A stretch of DNA of 64,000 nt from an uncultured bacterium (lineage in GTDB: Bacteria > Latescibacterota > MWCZ01 > CAZVGZ01), in assembly GCA_964627605.1 (NCBI GenBank), contig CAZVGZ010000007.1, forward strand, positions 8,362 through 72,361, read 5' to 3'. This document shows positions 55,345-64,000 of this stretch, piece by piece. The notes beneath the pieces were generated by a model that saw nothing but the letters and a program-made list of their open reading frames with translations, ran no database searches and was not told the origin of the DNA. Positions within the stretch are counted from its first letter, which is position 1. Each line of letters opens with the position of its first letter. The translations under genes were made by a program, and so were the position numbers.

Positions 55345-58300
55345 ATGATTACGTTGGGAATAGACGTTGGATCAGTGAGTGCCAAACTAGCGCTCATAGG
55401 CACTGAGGAGGACGCCGAATGGCTTGCCCAACAGCGGCTGCCTCAAGGAATGATCCACCGTTTGCCACCACGCGATGGCGCGGTTGCGACCACCATATTG
55501 ACCAGCCGCTACTGCAGGTTGGCTGGCGACTCGCTCAAAGCTGTAAGTAGTCTTCTTGATGAGATCTGGAGCGTTGTGCCCTACGAACGGATTACTGGTG
55601 CCCGCGTCTGCGGGTCAGGGGCCAACCTGGTCACATCGGAGTTTGGCGTCCCGCAGGATAACGAGTTCAGAGCTTTGGCGTGGGGAGTGGGCACGATTCA
55701 CCCCGAAGTGGTAACCGTGTTCGAGATGGGTGGACAGACTTCCAAGTTCATCCGGCTGGATGTCGATGCCGAAGCTGGTACTGTTGGGATTGAATCGTAC
55801 GAGCGGAACGGTGACTGCGCGGCGGGTACAGGCTCATTCATCGATCAGCAGTCGAGCCGCCTGCAATACGCGATTGAAGATGTTGGACAGATAGTGGATG
55901 ACGCGGATGTGGCTCCGACGATCGCTGGTCGCTGCTCAGTGTTCGCCAAGTCGGATATGGTCCACGCGCAGCAGAAAGGGTATCAGCCCCCTGAAATCCT
56001 CAAAGGGCTGTGCGAGGCTGTTGCTAGAAATTTCAAGGGTGCCATCACCAAGGGTAAGAAGATAGAGGCTCCAACAGCGTTCTTAGGTGGCGTTGCAGCC
56101 AACACCGGTGTTGTGGAAGCGATCAGAGAAGCGTTCAAGTTGGGTGCAGACGAACTGATAGTGCCTGAGATGTACGCGTGGCTTGGGGCGGTGGGAACTG
56201 CGATTCTCGAGTTGCAGGCTGTGGATCATGTTAGACCTACCCCCAAGGGATCAGACTCAGCCAACGTGGCGGACCCGCCAGCTCAGACAAAGCTTTCGAT
56301 GGACAACGTCACCGTTCTAAGAGACAGAGCTGAGTCTTATTCGTTTGAGGATAACGAGGTTCCAGTCGATGCTTACATGGGGATTGACATAGGTTCCGTG
56401 AGCACCAATCTGGTGGTCATCGACACTGACGGTCGTGTGATCCACGAGATATATACCCGAACGAACTCCCGACCGATCCAGGTTGTCAATGAAGGGCTCA
56501 AAGAGATTGAGGAGTCCATCGGCCATGCGCTGAACATCAAGGGGGTCGGTACTACCGGGTCTGGGCGTGAGCTAATAGGGAACCTCATCGGTGCCGATAC
56601 GATAAACGACGAGATCACCGCCCACAAACGTGGCGCTGCTTTTGTAGGGGAGACAATCATCGACCGCCAGGTGGACACGATTTTTGAGATCGGCGGTCAG
56701 GACTCGAAATTCATCAGCCTTCAGGATGGCGTAGTGGTGGATTTCGCCATGAACGAGGCGTGCGCGGCAGGCACCGGTTCCTTCCTGGAGGAGCAGGCAG
56801 AGAAGCTTGGCGTCGAGATTAAAGGACAGTTCGCCGACTTGGCGCTTGGTTCTGAAACACCGCTTATGCTAGGCGAGCGGTGCACGGTGTTTATGGAGCA
56901 GGATGTTGTTCACTGGATGCAGCGCGGCGCAACCACCCCCGACATCGTCGCTGGGCTGGCTTATTCGGTGGTTCTAAACTATCTGAATAGAGTGGTCCGT
57001 GGCCGACATATCGGGAACTGTGTCTTCTTTCAAGGTGGCACCGCTTACAACGATGCCGTGGCGGCGGCGTTCAGCCAGGTGTTGGACAAGGAGATAATCG
57101 TTCCGCCCCACAACGGGGTTATGGGAGCGATCGGAGTTGCGCTCCTGGCATTGGACAAGTCCAAGTTCAGAAGCGCGCCCTCGACGTTTAGGGGCTGGTC
57201 GGTGGATAGCGTTGACTACACGCTGCGGGAGTTCACCTGCAAGGCGTGTTCAAACTTCTGCGACATGCAGGAGTTCATCGTTGAGGATGAGAGGACCTAC
57301 TGGGGCGACAAATGCTCACATCAGTTCCGTAAACGTCCCAAAGTGGACTCTGTGCCGATCATTCCAGACCTGTGCGAACAGCGGATGGATTGGCTCCTTG
57401 ACGGGTTTGATGAGAGCCGAGGCGATGGCCCGGTTATCGGCATGCCCAGGGCGATGTACAACTACGAGAGATTTCCGTTCTGGCGCACATACCTGGAGAC
57501 TATAGGCGCTCGGATAGTGCTGTCTGAGACTACGAGCAAACAGATAGTCCACGCCGGTGTTGAAGCGACTGTCGCCGAGCCGTGTTTCCCCATTCGTTTG
57601 GCCCATGGGCACGTCTCTGATCTTTTGGACAAGAACGTGGATTACGTCTGGGCACCGAATACGATGGATGCTGAGACTGAAGCTCCAGAGGTCGGATCGG
57701 TCCTGTGTCTTTGGGGACAGACACTGCCGTTCGTTCTGCGCCAATCGCCGAGTTTGGCCCACGGTCAATATCTGACTCCCAAAGTCAATTTCCGTTCTGG
57801 TCAGGAGACAGTGGAAACGCAGCTACTGTCCACGTCAAAACTGCTGGGAGCGTCAAAAAGCCTGCACATGGACGCCGTAGAGGCGGCGTACCAAGCTCAG
57901 CGGGCGTTTGAGGTGAAGTGCGAAGAGGCCGGTACCCGCGCACTTGGTTCACTTGAGGCCTCACAAGCCAAAGGAATAGTCCTCGCTGGCCGCCCATACA
58001 ACATCTACGATTCCGGGGCAAACCTGAACGTCACCAGCAAGCTGAGAGACTTGTACGGCATCAATGTTATCCCGATGGACTTACTGATGCTGGCTTCTTA
58101 CGACGTCTCAGCCGTGAACGACAACATGTTTTGGAACTACGGGCGCAAGATTCTTCAGGCGGGGATGCTGGTGGGGGAGAACCCCAACCTGGACCTTATA
58201 TACATAACTAATTTCAAGTGCGGTCCAGACAGCTATATAAAGCAGTTCGTTAGGCCTGCCGCAGGCAAACCGTTCCTGGTTCTCCAGTTCGACGGACACG

Positions 58301-58407
58301 CCAACGACGCTGGGATGCTCACCCGCTGCGAGGCCTATTTGGATAGCAAAGGGTTCTTCCAGGGCGACTCCCGCAACACAGTCGATTCGGTTTTGGAACT
58401 TGTGTAG
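55345..58407 (+). CDS. CoA-substrate-specific enzyme activase-family protein: two tandem BadF/BadG/BcrA/BcrD ATPase domains fused to an HgdB-like (2-hydroxyacyl-CoA dehydratase D-component-like) domain
   Basis: The two ATPase repeats are MITLGIDVGSVSAKLAL... and YMGIDIGSVSTNLVVIDTDG..., each with a CAAGTGSF motif. A Cys-rich linker (CKACSNFCD...C) follows. The C-terminal domain resembles the HgdB family. Confidence 0.8.
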   Translation: MITLGIDVGSVSAKLALIGTEEDAEWLAQQRLPQGMIHRLPPRDGAVATTILTSRYCRLAGDSLKAVSSLLDEIWSVVPYERITGARVCGSGANLVTSEFGVPQDNEFRALAWGVGTIHPEVVTVFEMGGQTSKFIRLDVDAEAGTVGIESYERNGDCAAGTGSFIDQQSSRLQYAIEDVGQIVDDADVAPTIAGRCSVFAKSDMVHAQQKGYQPPEILKGLCEAVARNFKGAITKGKKIEAPTAFLGGVAANTGVVEAIREAFKLGADELIVPEMYAWLGAVGTAILELQAVDHVRPTPKGSDSANVADPPAQTKLSMDNVTVLRDRAESYSFEDNEVPVDAYMGIDIGSVSTNLVVIDTDGRVIHEIYTRTNSRPIQVVNEGLKEIEESIGHALNIKGVGTTGSGRELIGNLIGADTINDEITAHKRGAAFVGETIIDRQVDTIFEIGGQDSKFISLQDGVVVDFAMNEACAAGTGSFLEEQAEKLGVEIKGQFADLALGSETPLMLGERCTVFMEQDVVHWMQRGATTPDIVAGLAYSVVLNYLNRVVRGRHIGNCVFFQGGTAYNDAVAAAFSQVLDKEIIVPPHNGVMGAIGVALLALDKSKFRSAPSTFRGWSVDSVDYTLREFTCKACSNFCDMQEFIVEDERTYWGDKCSHQFRKRPKVDSVPIIPDLCEQRMDWLLDGFDESRGDGPVIGMPRAMYNYERFPFWRTYLETIGARIVLSETTSKQIVHAGVEATVAEPCFPIRLAHGHVSDLLDKNVDYVWAPNTMDAETEAPEVGSVLCLWGQTLPFVLRQSPSLAHGQYLTPKVNFRSGQETVETQLLSTSKLLGASKSLHMDAVEAAYQAQRAFEVKCEEAGTRALGSLEASQAKGIVLAGRPYNIYDSGANLNVTSKLRDLYGINVIPMDLLMLASYDVSAVNDNMFWNYGRKILQAGMLVGENPNLDLIYITNFKCGPDSYIKQFVRPAAGKPFLVLQFDGHANDAGMLTRCEAYLDSKGFFQGDSRNTVDSVLELV

Positions 58408-58429
58408 CCAGAGAAGATTGGGGAGATAG

Positions 58430-59722
58430 ATGTCAACCGCTGTAGAAAGCAATCCGCTAGAAGGTCGGACAGTTTACGTCCCGCAGATGAGCTACGCTGC
58501 CGGCAGAACATTGGCTGCATCGGTACGCTCGCTTGGGGTACAAGCTTTAGTGTCGCCTGATTCTGACGAGACCACATACGTTCTTGGCGGCAAATATACC
58601 TCTGGTGAGGAGTGTCTGCCGCAAAAGGTGACGTTGGGCGACTTCGTGAAAGTCTTGGAAGCACCCGATTTCCGGCCTGAGCGCACCGCATTCCTGATGC
58701 CCACCTCCAACGGTCCGTGCCGCTTTGGGATGTATTCGCCCCATCTGAGGCAACTGCTGGACAGCCAAGGCAATCAGGATGTGGTGATCTGGTCGCCATC
58801 GTCTGAGGATGGGTACGAGGGGTTTGGCGAACAGGGAGGATCATTTTTCAGGACCTCGTGGCGAGGGATGGTCGCTGGCGATGCGCTCACAAAAGCGCTC
58901 CTTCAGACCCGGCCCTATGAAACAACTCCTGGCGACGCAGACGAGGTTTTTCAGGCGCAGGTTGCTGCGCTGTGTGGTGTTTTGGAGTCCACGCACGAAT
59001 CGACCGAGTCGCAGATGGATTTACTCGTTGCGACGCTTAGGTCTGCCAGTGCGGCGTTTCGCGCGGTGCCCGCTGATTACAGCGAACCACGCCCGCTGAT
59101 CGGAATCGTTGGCGAGATATTCTGCCGCTTAAACGATTTCTCAAACAACAGCATTGTCAGGCAGATTGAGGTCCAGGGTGGTGAGGCGTGGATGTCCGAC
59201 GTGATCGAATGGGTACTCAAAACTAACACCGATCAGCTGATCAACCTCAAGGAAGACGGTCACGGGCTGCTGTCCCAAAAAGGGGCCGTAGCAAGGATTA
59301 AGCAGATGTTTCAGCGCCATGACGAACATCAGCTCTGCGGAGCTTTCATGCCTGATTTCGTTGGCTACGAGGAGCCAGCCGACACGCAGGTGCTATACGA
59401 TTTCAGCGAACCCTACCTGTCGGCTTCAGGCTGCAACGGCGAGATGACACTTAGTGTAGGCAAAGTCTGCTATCTCCACGGCAAGGGCGCTGACGGGATT
59501 ATCGACATCAGCCCGTTTACGTGCATGAATGGAATCGTCTGCGAGTCCGTATATCCCCAAGTGAGCACCGATTACGACGGAATACCGATCAAAGTGTTCT
59601 ATTTCGATGGCACCCAGGGCGATCTGGGTTCAGATGTAAGCATTTTTATGGAGCTCGCCCGGACCTACGGTCGCCGCAAAGCTATTCAGAGAAAGCTTCC
59701 GCCACACTTTGGGCGTGGCTGA
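58430..59722 (+). CDS. DUF2229-like protein (CoA enzyme activase uncharacterised partner)
   Basis: Start lies 22 nt after the activase gene with a GGGAGA Shine-Dalgarno. Conserved Cys residues are present (CRFGMY..., CNGEMT, CMNGIVCES). This is the usual genomic partner of double-ATPase activases. Confidence 0.65.
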   Translation: MSTAVESNPLEGRTVYVPQMSYAAGRTLAASVRSLGVQALVSPDSDETTYVLGGKYTSGEECLPQKVTLGDFVKVLEAPDFRPERTAFLMPTSNGPCRFGMYSPHLRQLLDSQGNQDVVIWSPSSEDGYEGFGEQGGSFFRTSWRGMVAGDALTKALLQTRPYETTPGDADEVFQAQVAALCGVLESTHESTESQMDLLVATLRSASAAFRAVPADYSEPRPLIGIVGEIFCRLNDFSNNSIVRQIEVQGGEAWMSDVIEWVLKTNTDQLINLKEDGHGLLSQKGAVARIKQMFQRHDEHQLCGAFMPDFVGYEEPADTQVLYDFSEPYLSASGCNGEMTLSVGKVCYLHGKGADGIIDISPFTCMNGIVCESVYPQVSTDYDGIPIKVFYFDGTQGDLGSDVSIFMELARTYGRRKAIQRKLPPHFGRG

Positions 59723-59891
59723 ACAGGGGAAGCTGCGCGTCATCGAGCATCGTCGTAAGCTGAGTTCGCTACCGCGCTGACGGATGGCGATCTCACCAGA
59801 AGTCCACGCGATGTAGCCGGAGATTCCGAACGTAAAATCGATTTTGCGTTGAGGTCGCAGTGCGCTCCAAAAGCATGCTATACCCCCGCTA

Positions 59892-61061
59892 ATGAAACGT
59901 AGACCCAGTCCCCTGGTGCTGGCCTCCTCGGCTACAGCGTTGTCACTTCTCGGCGACGCGATGATGTACGCGGTCCTGCCGGTCTACTACACACAACTAT
60001 CGCTTATTCCGATACATGTCGGCATTCTTCTCTCAGCCAACCGCTGGATTCGTTTGCTGACGAACCATTTTGCCGGTGAGTTGTGCCGAAGTGTCAGGGT
60101 GGATTTCCTGTTTGGGGCGGCGCTTCTGCTGGGGGCTATCACCACTGCGGCGTATGGCTTGGTGAGCAGCTTCACGTTTCTGCTATTGGCGCGAGTCGGT
60201 TGGGGTGTCGCGTGGTCCGTTATCCGTCAGGCGGGTCTGCTTACTGTCGGGCAGTCCGGCGATATCCAGGGAGTTGGTGGCAGGACGGGAATCTACTATG
60301 CGATCTCTAGAATGGGGGCGTTGGTTGGGCTTTTCGTTGGGGGAATCGCCCACGACGCCATCGGTTTCTCATCTACACTCCTCGTGTTTGCAGCAGCTTC
60401 GGTGTTGGCCGTGCCGCTGGGGACATTGTCTCGCCACGGCCTTTCTGTTGTCGACCAAACACCCTCAAAGGACGCGACCATAGGTGGCAGTATGGGGGTG
60501 ATGGTGGGAGGTTTGATCGTGGGATTAGTAGGTACAGGGCTGATATTCTCAACTCTCGGTGCCGTCCTAAAAGAACGTATAGGCCACGATGTGAGTGTTT
60601 TCGGTGTTACTTTGGGGATCGCCTCGCTGACAGGAGCCGTCCTGGCTGCCAGATGGGTGATCGAAGCGCTCGGAGCCACCGGCATCGGTAGGCTGGCCGA
60701 TCGGGTCGGTAGAGCCAAAATGACCTTTTGGGTGTTTGTGGCTGGCTCACTAGCGCTGGGCAGCGCCGCGATGATCCACAACACCGTGCTTCTGGTCTGC
60801 GCAGTCTGGGGTGTGTTTCTATGTGGGATGGCTTTGCGGGTCTTGGTCGCCTCCGAGGGAGTAGAGAGGGGCGGCGGCGGAGTCATGGCTTTCGCTACAG
60901 GTACCGATGTGGGTACTGCGACCGGTCCGCTTCTCGGTTGGGCCATGCAGCAGGTAAGTTTGCCAATCCCCTACATATTCGTCTTAGGCGCTGTGGTATA
61001 CCTAATTGGGGCAGCAGCAGTTCCTCGCATATTTGACGGTTCGGTATCAACTCGTCGTTGA
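59892..61061 (+). CDS. MFS transporter
   Basis: 12 predicted TM helices. An MFS signature-like loop (GRLADRVGR) is present. It lies downstream of the activase pair. Confidence 0.8.
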   Translation: MKRRPSPLVLASSATALSLLGDAMMYAVLPVYYTQLSLIPIHVGILLSANRWIRLLTNHFAGELCRSVRVDFLFGAALLLGAITTAAYGLVSSFTFLLLARVGWGVAWSVIRQAGLLTVGQSGDIQGVGGRTGIYYAISRMGALVGLFVGGIAHDAIGFSSTLLVFAAASVLAVPLGTLSRHGLSVVDQTPSKDATIGGSMGVMVGGLIVGLVGTGLIFSTLGAVLKERIGHDVSVFGVTLGIASLTGAVLAARWVIEALGATGIGRLADRVGRAKMTFWVFVAGSLALGSAAMIHNTVLLVCAVWGVFLCGMALRVLVASEGVERGGGGVMAFATGTDVGTATGPLLGWAMQQVSLPIPYIFVLGAVVYLIGAAAVPRIFDGSVSTRR

Positions 61062-61158
61062 AAGCCCGTCGTCCTGGCGGTAACTGCTTAGCGGCGAACA
61101 AGGCGTTGCATTCTCAAAGGACAGCATCGCATCGCCATCCCACCTGCTGTTCGCCGTG

Positions 61159-62934
61159 CTACGTCGCCCTGGGGCGCAGCCTGATGCCCACCTCGCCCAA
61201 CTGCTTGTCATCGACCTCGGACGGTGAACCATCCATGAGCGACTGGCCCTGGTTGGTTTTGGGGAAGGCGATCACCTCGCGGATAGAGCGCTCTCCCGCC
61301 AACTGGGCGACCAGACGGTCAAATCCGAAAGCGATGCCGCCGTGGGGAGGTGCGCCATACTCAAACGCCTCCAGCAAAAAACCGAACTTCGCATGCGCCT
61401 CTTCTTCGTCAATCCCCAACAGCCCAAACATCATCTGCTGAAGATCGTTACGGTGGATTCTAATAGATCCCCCGGCGATCTCCTCGCCGTTGATGACCAG
61501 GTCGTATGCTTTGGCTAAGATGGCACCAGGATCGCCGTCTGACAACAGGTCCATATCCTGATCGCGCGGCGACGTAAACGGATGGTGGCGAGCCACCCAC
61601 CGCTTCTCTTCGGCGGACCACTCCAACAGAGGAAAATCGGTTATCCACACAAAATCCCACACCGACTCGTCCACCAAACCTCTATCGGCGGCGAGCTTGA
61701 GACGAAGCGCTCCCAGCCCAGCATGGACGACCTCGGCGGCGTCAGCCAGGAATAGTAGTAGGTCGCCAGGTTTGGCGTTGGTTCGCTCTCTTATCCGCTC
61801 CTGAATCTCTTCGCTGAAAAATTTTGCGATTGACGATTCAAATCCCGATTCGGTGGCCTTCATCCAAGCCAGACCCATAGCGCCGTAGGTCTTTACGAAC
61901 GGGGTAAGCTGGTTCTCTATCGCAGTGCGGGAAATGTCTGAGCCGCCTGGGAGGTTGATCGCTTTGACGACGCCGCCGCCTTCAACCGCCTGGCAGAAGA
62001 CACGGAAATCCGCCTCGCCAGCAATATCGGTTAGATCGATCAGCTCAAGGCCAAACCGCCGGTCCGGTTTGTCTACGCCGTATCTGTTCATCGCATCGTC
62101 GTAGGTCATCCGCTCAATGGATGCCGGGATGTCAACACCGATGGAGCCTTTGAATACAGACCGCATCAACTCTTCGGCTACCCCCATCACCCGATTCTGA
62201 TCGACGAAAGCCATTTCGATATCAATCTGCGTGAATTCGGGCTGCCGGTCGGCTCTCAAATCCTCGTCGCGGAAACATTTTACGATCTGAAAATATCTAT
62301 CGTAGCCGCCCACCATCAGAAGCTGTTTGTAGGTCTGTGGCGACTGTGGCAGCGCATAAAAGGAGCCTTGCTGAAGTCGGCTGGGCACCAGGAAATCCCT
62401 GGCTCCTTCAGGCGTGCTCTTCATCAGAAACGGCGTCTCTACTTCAATAAAATCTTGATCTGAAAGCTGTTTGCGGACGATCTGGTAGGTTTTGTGCCTA
62501 AGGAGCAGGTTCTGCTGCATCTCAGGTCGCCTTAAATCCAGATACCTGTAGCGGAGCCTGATCTCTTCGCTGACTTCCGATCCACCTCGTTCGATGGGGA
62601 ATGGAGGCGATTTGGAGACATTCAGCACGACCAACTTCAAAGCCATCACCTCTATCTCACCGGTACCCAAGTTTGGGTTGGTCATCCCTTCATCGCGCGG
62701 GGCGACTTCACCTTCAATCGCCATAACATACTCCGAGCGGATCTGCTCAGCTTCAGAGTGGACCTGGGCCGATGTCTGGGGGCTGAAAACAACCTGTGTC
62801 ACACCCCATCTGTCCCTCAGGTCGGTGAAGATCACGCCGCCATGGTCGCGCCTGGAGGCGACCCATCCCATCAGAACCACTTTTTGGCCAACATCTTCGA
62901 TTCGTAATTCGCCGAGGTTGTGTGTCCGGCTCAT
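61159..62934 (-). CDS. aspS: Aspartate--tRNA ligase
   Basis: Class II aaRS motifs (FRDEDLRADRQPEFTQIDIEMAF, GGSIRIH, GIAFGFDRLV) and an anticodon-binding OB fold at the N-terminus. Start is probably ATG at 62934 (MSRTHNLGEL). Alternative ATGs lie at 62943 and 62967. Confidence 0.93.
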   Translation of the reverse strand: MSRTHNLGELRIEDVGQKVVLMGWVASRRDHGGVIFTDLRDRWGVTQVVFSPQTSAQVHSEAEQIRSEYVMAIEGEVAPRDEGMTNPNLGTGEIEVMALKLVVLNVSKSPPFPIERGGSEVSEEIRLRYRYLDLRRPEMQQNLLLRHKTYQIVRKQLSDQDFIEVETPFLMKSTPEGARDFLVPSRLQQGSFYALPQSPQTYKQLLMVGGYDRYFQIVKCFRDEDLRADRQPEFTQIDIEMAFVDQNRVMGVAEELMRSVFKGSIGVDIPASIERMTYDDAMNRYGVDKPDRRFGLELIDLTDIAGEADFRVFCQAVEGGGVVKAINLPGGSDISRTAIENQLTPFVKTYGAMGLAWMKATESGFESSIAKFFSEEIQERIRERTNAKPGDLLLFLADAAEVVHAGLGALRLKLAADRGLVDESVWDFVWITDFPLLEWSAEEKRWVARHHPFTSPRDQDMDLLSDGDPGAILAKAYDLVINGEEIAGGSIRIHRNDLQQMMFGLLGIDEEEAHAKFGFLLEAFEYGAPPHGGIAFGFDRLVAQLAGERSIREVIAFPKTNQGQSLMDGSPSEVDDKQLGEVGIRLRPRAT

Positions 62935-62967
62935 GTCGCCCATTGCCTGTCCTTCGATCTTGCCCAT

Positions 62968-64000
62968 TTAAGTTCCCGCCTGGCCGTCTGTGCTGGTTAA
63001 TGCGATGGACAGTTCTGCCGCAAGACTGTCAAGCGGCATCTCGTCCTGACTGTCGCGATCCATCCACTTCACCTGGGCGACCCCGCGCTCCAGTTCGTCG
63101 TCACCCAGTATGACAGCGGCTTTAGCTCCTGTCCTATTAGCCTGACGGAGCTGCGCTTTCAGGCTACGCCCCAGATAGTCTGTATCACTCTTTAGGCCCG
63201 AATCTCGCAGCGATTCCAACACTATGAGTGAAAGCCTTTGAGCGCTTTCACCCCTGGTCGCTACGAAAACATCCAGACTTTCAAAGGAGTCATCAGCCCC
63301 GTCCATGAGCAGCACCAGACGCTCCATACCCGACCCAAACCCAACAGCCGGGGTCGGAGGTCCGCCTAATTCCTCAACCAACCCGTCGTAGCGACCGCCG
63401 CCGCCAAGGGCGTCCTGCGAACCCAACTGGTCGGTGCGGACCTCGAAAACAGTTCGCGTGTAATAGTCCAGACCTCTCACCAGCCGTGGGTCTACAGTAT
63501 GAGGGATGTCTAGGCGCTCCAGCGCTTCTGTAAGCCCTCTAAAGTGATCTTTGCAGCCATCGCACAGATGATCCAACATGGATGGCGCATCCTTGGTGGC
63601 CTCTTTGGTGCCCTCGTCTTTACTGTCCAACACCCTCAAGGGGTTGGTTTTAATCCGCTCCCGACTGGTGTTGTCGAGCGAATCCCCGATCGAGGATAGA
63701 TAGTCGCGAAGGGTGTCGATATACCCCGGACGGCAGATGTTGTCCCCGATGCTGCCGACATGAAGCGAACCATCAACGCCGCCGCGTTTGATTATCGCCA
63801 TAAACAACGCGATCACTTCGGCATCCACAGACGGGCCGTCTGAGCCAAAGGCCTCCACGCCGAATGAATGGAACTGCCTCTGCCGGCCTTTCTGAGGCCG
63901 TTCTTGCCGGAAGATTGGACCCATGTACCACAACTTCTGGAACGGCTTCTGGTTGCCCAAACTGTTTTCCAGGTAGGCACGAACCACCCCTGCGGTACCT
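62968..64000 (-). CDS. hisS: Histidine--tRNA ligase, C-terminal approximately 340 aa (5' end outside window)
   Basis: Motif 2 is FRQERPQKGRQRQFHSFG. Motif 3 is RGLDYYTRTVFEV. The C-terminal anticodon-binding domain is present. The frame is open to the window edge. Its stop abuts the aspS start, making a hisS-aspS operon. Confidence 0.9.
   Translation of the reverse strand, partial: GTAGVVRAYLENSLGNQKPFQKLWYMGPIFRQERPQKGRQRQFHSFGVEAFGSDGPSVDAEVIALFMAIIKRGGVDGSLHVGSIGDNICRPGYIDTLRDYLSSIGDSLDNTSRERIKTNPLRVLDSKDEGTKEATKDAPSMLDHLCDGCKDHFRGLTEALERLDIPHTVDPRLVRGLDYYTRTVFEVRTDQLGSQDALGGGGRYDGLVEELGGPPTPAVGFGSGMERLVLLMDGADDSFESLDVFVATRGESAQRLSLIVLESLRDSGLKSDTDYLGRSLKAQLRQANRTGAKAAVILGDDELERGVAQVKWMDRDSQDEMPLDSLAAELSIALTSTDGQAGT

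Noticed and set aside
60296-60946. 216-aa minus-strand ORF inside the MFS transporter gene
   Set aside because: Antisense. Pro/Thr/Ala-rich low complexity.
1-64000. CRISPR arrays, rRNA, tmRNA/RNase P/SRP RNA
   Set aside because: No regularly spaced direct repeats and no conserved RNA signatures were found on visual scan. The only RNA gene supported is tRNA-Thr.

Overview
This window is a high-GC (about 58%) bacterial chromosomal segment. A type-9-secretion C-terminal sorting domain on one protein suggests an FCB-group-like lineage.

**Core genes.** secA (3' part), a small membrane ORF, holA-like, trxA, tRNA-Thr(CGU) with a terminator, dnaA with a downstream DnaA-box cluster and AT-rich element (putative oriC), ftsK, a Csp-family cold-shock gene, an EF-G paralog, accD, aspS and the 3' part of hisS.

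**Accessory content.**
- Oxidoreductase cluster at 4.5-11 kb: two Gfo/Idh/MocA enzymes, a D-2-hydroxyacid dehydrogenase, an OYE flavoenzyme and an SGNH hydrolase.
- A seven-gene minus-strand cluster ending in an HME-RND (CzcCBA-like) efflux system.
- A glycoside-hydrolase/sulfatase-rich region in which most enzymes lack signal peptides.
- An XRE-regulator pair next to a 250-bp AT-rich island.

**Most notable structures.**
1. A tightly packed six-gene operon: class II aldolase, PfkB kinase, stand-alone lipoyl carrier, PDH/acetoin-DH-type E1 alpha, E1 beta, D-lyxose-isomerase-like cupin. No E2 catalytic domain or E3 is in the window. It may be an uncharacterised sugar-cleavage pathway.
2. ftsK ends exactly where the gamma domain should begin, and a 56-bp direct repeat of the sulfatase 3' end sits in-frame just after the ftsK stop.
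3. A double BadF/BcrA-type ATPase fused to an HgdB-like domain, plus a DUF2229 partner, divergent from accD.
4. Several decayed genes: a phosphoesterase with an in-frame TAG, a frameshifted thioredoxin-like ORF, an IS3 OrfA fragment, a GH fragment next to the tRNA, and a PAS-histidine-kinase remnant.
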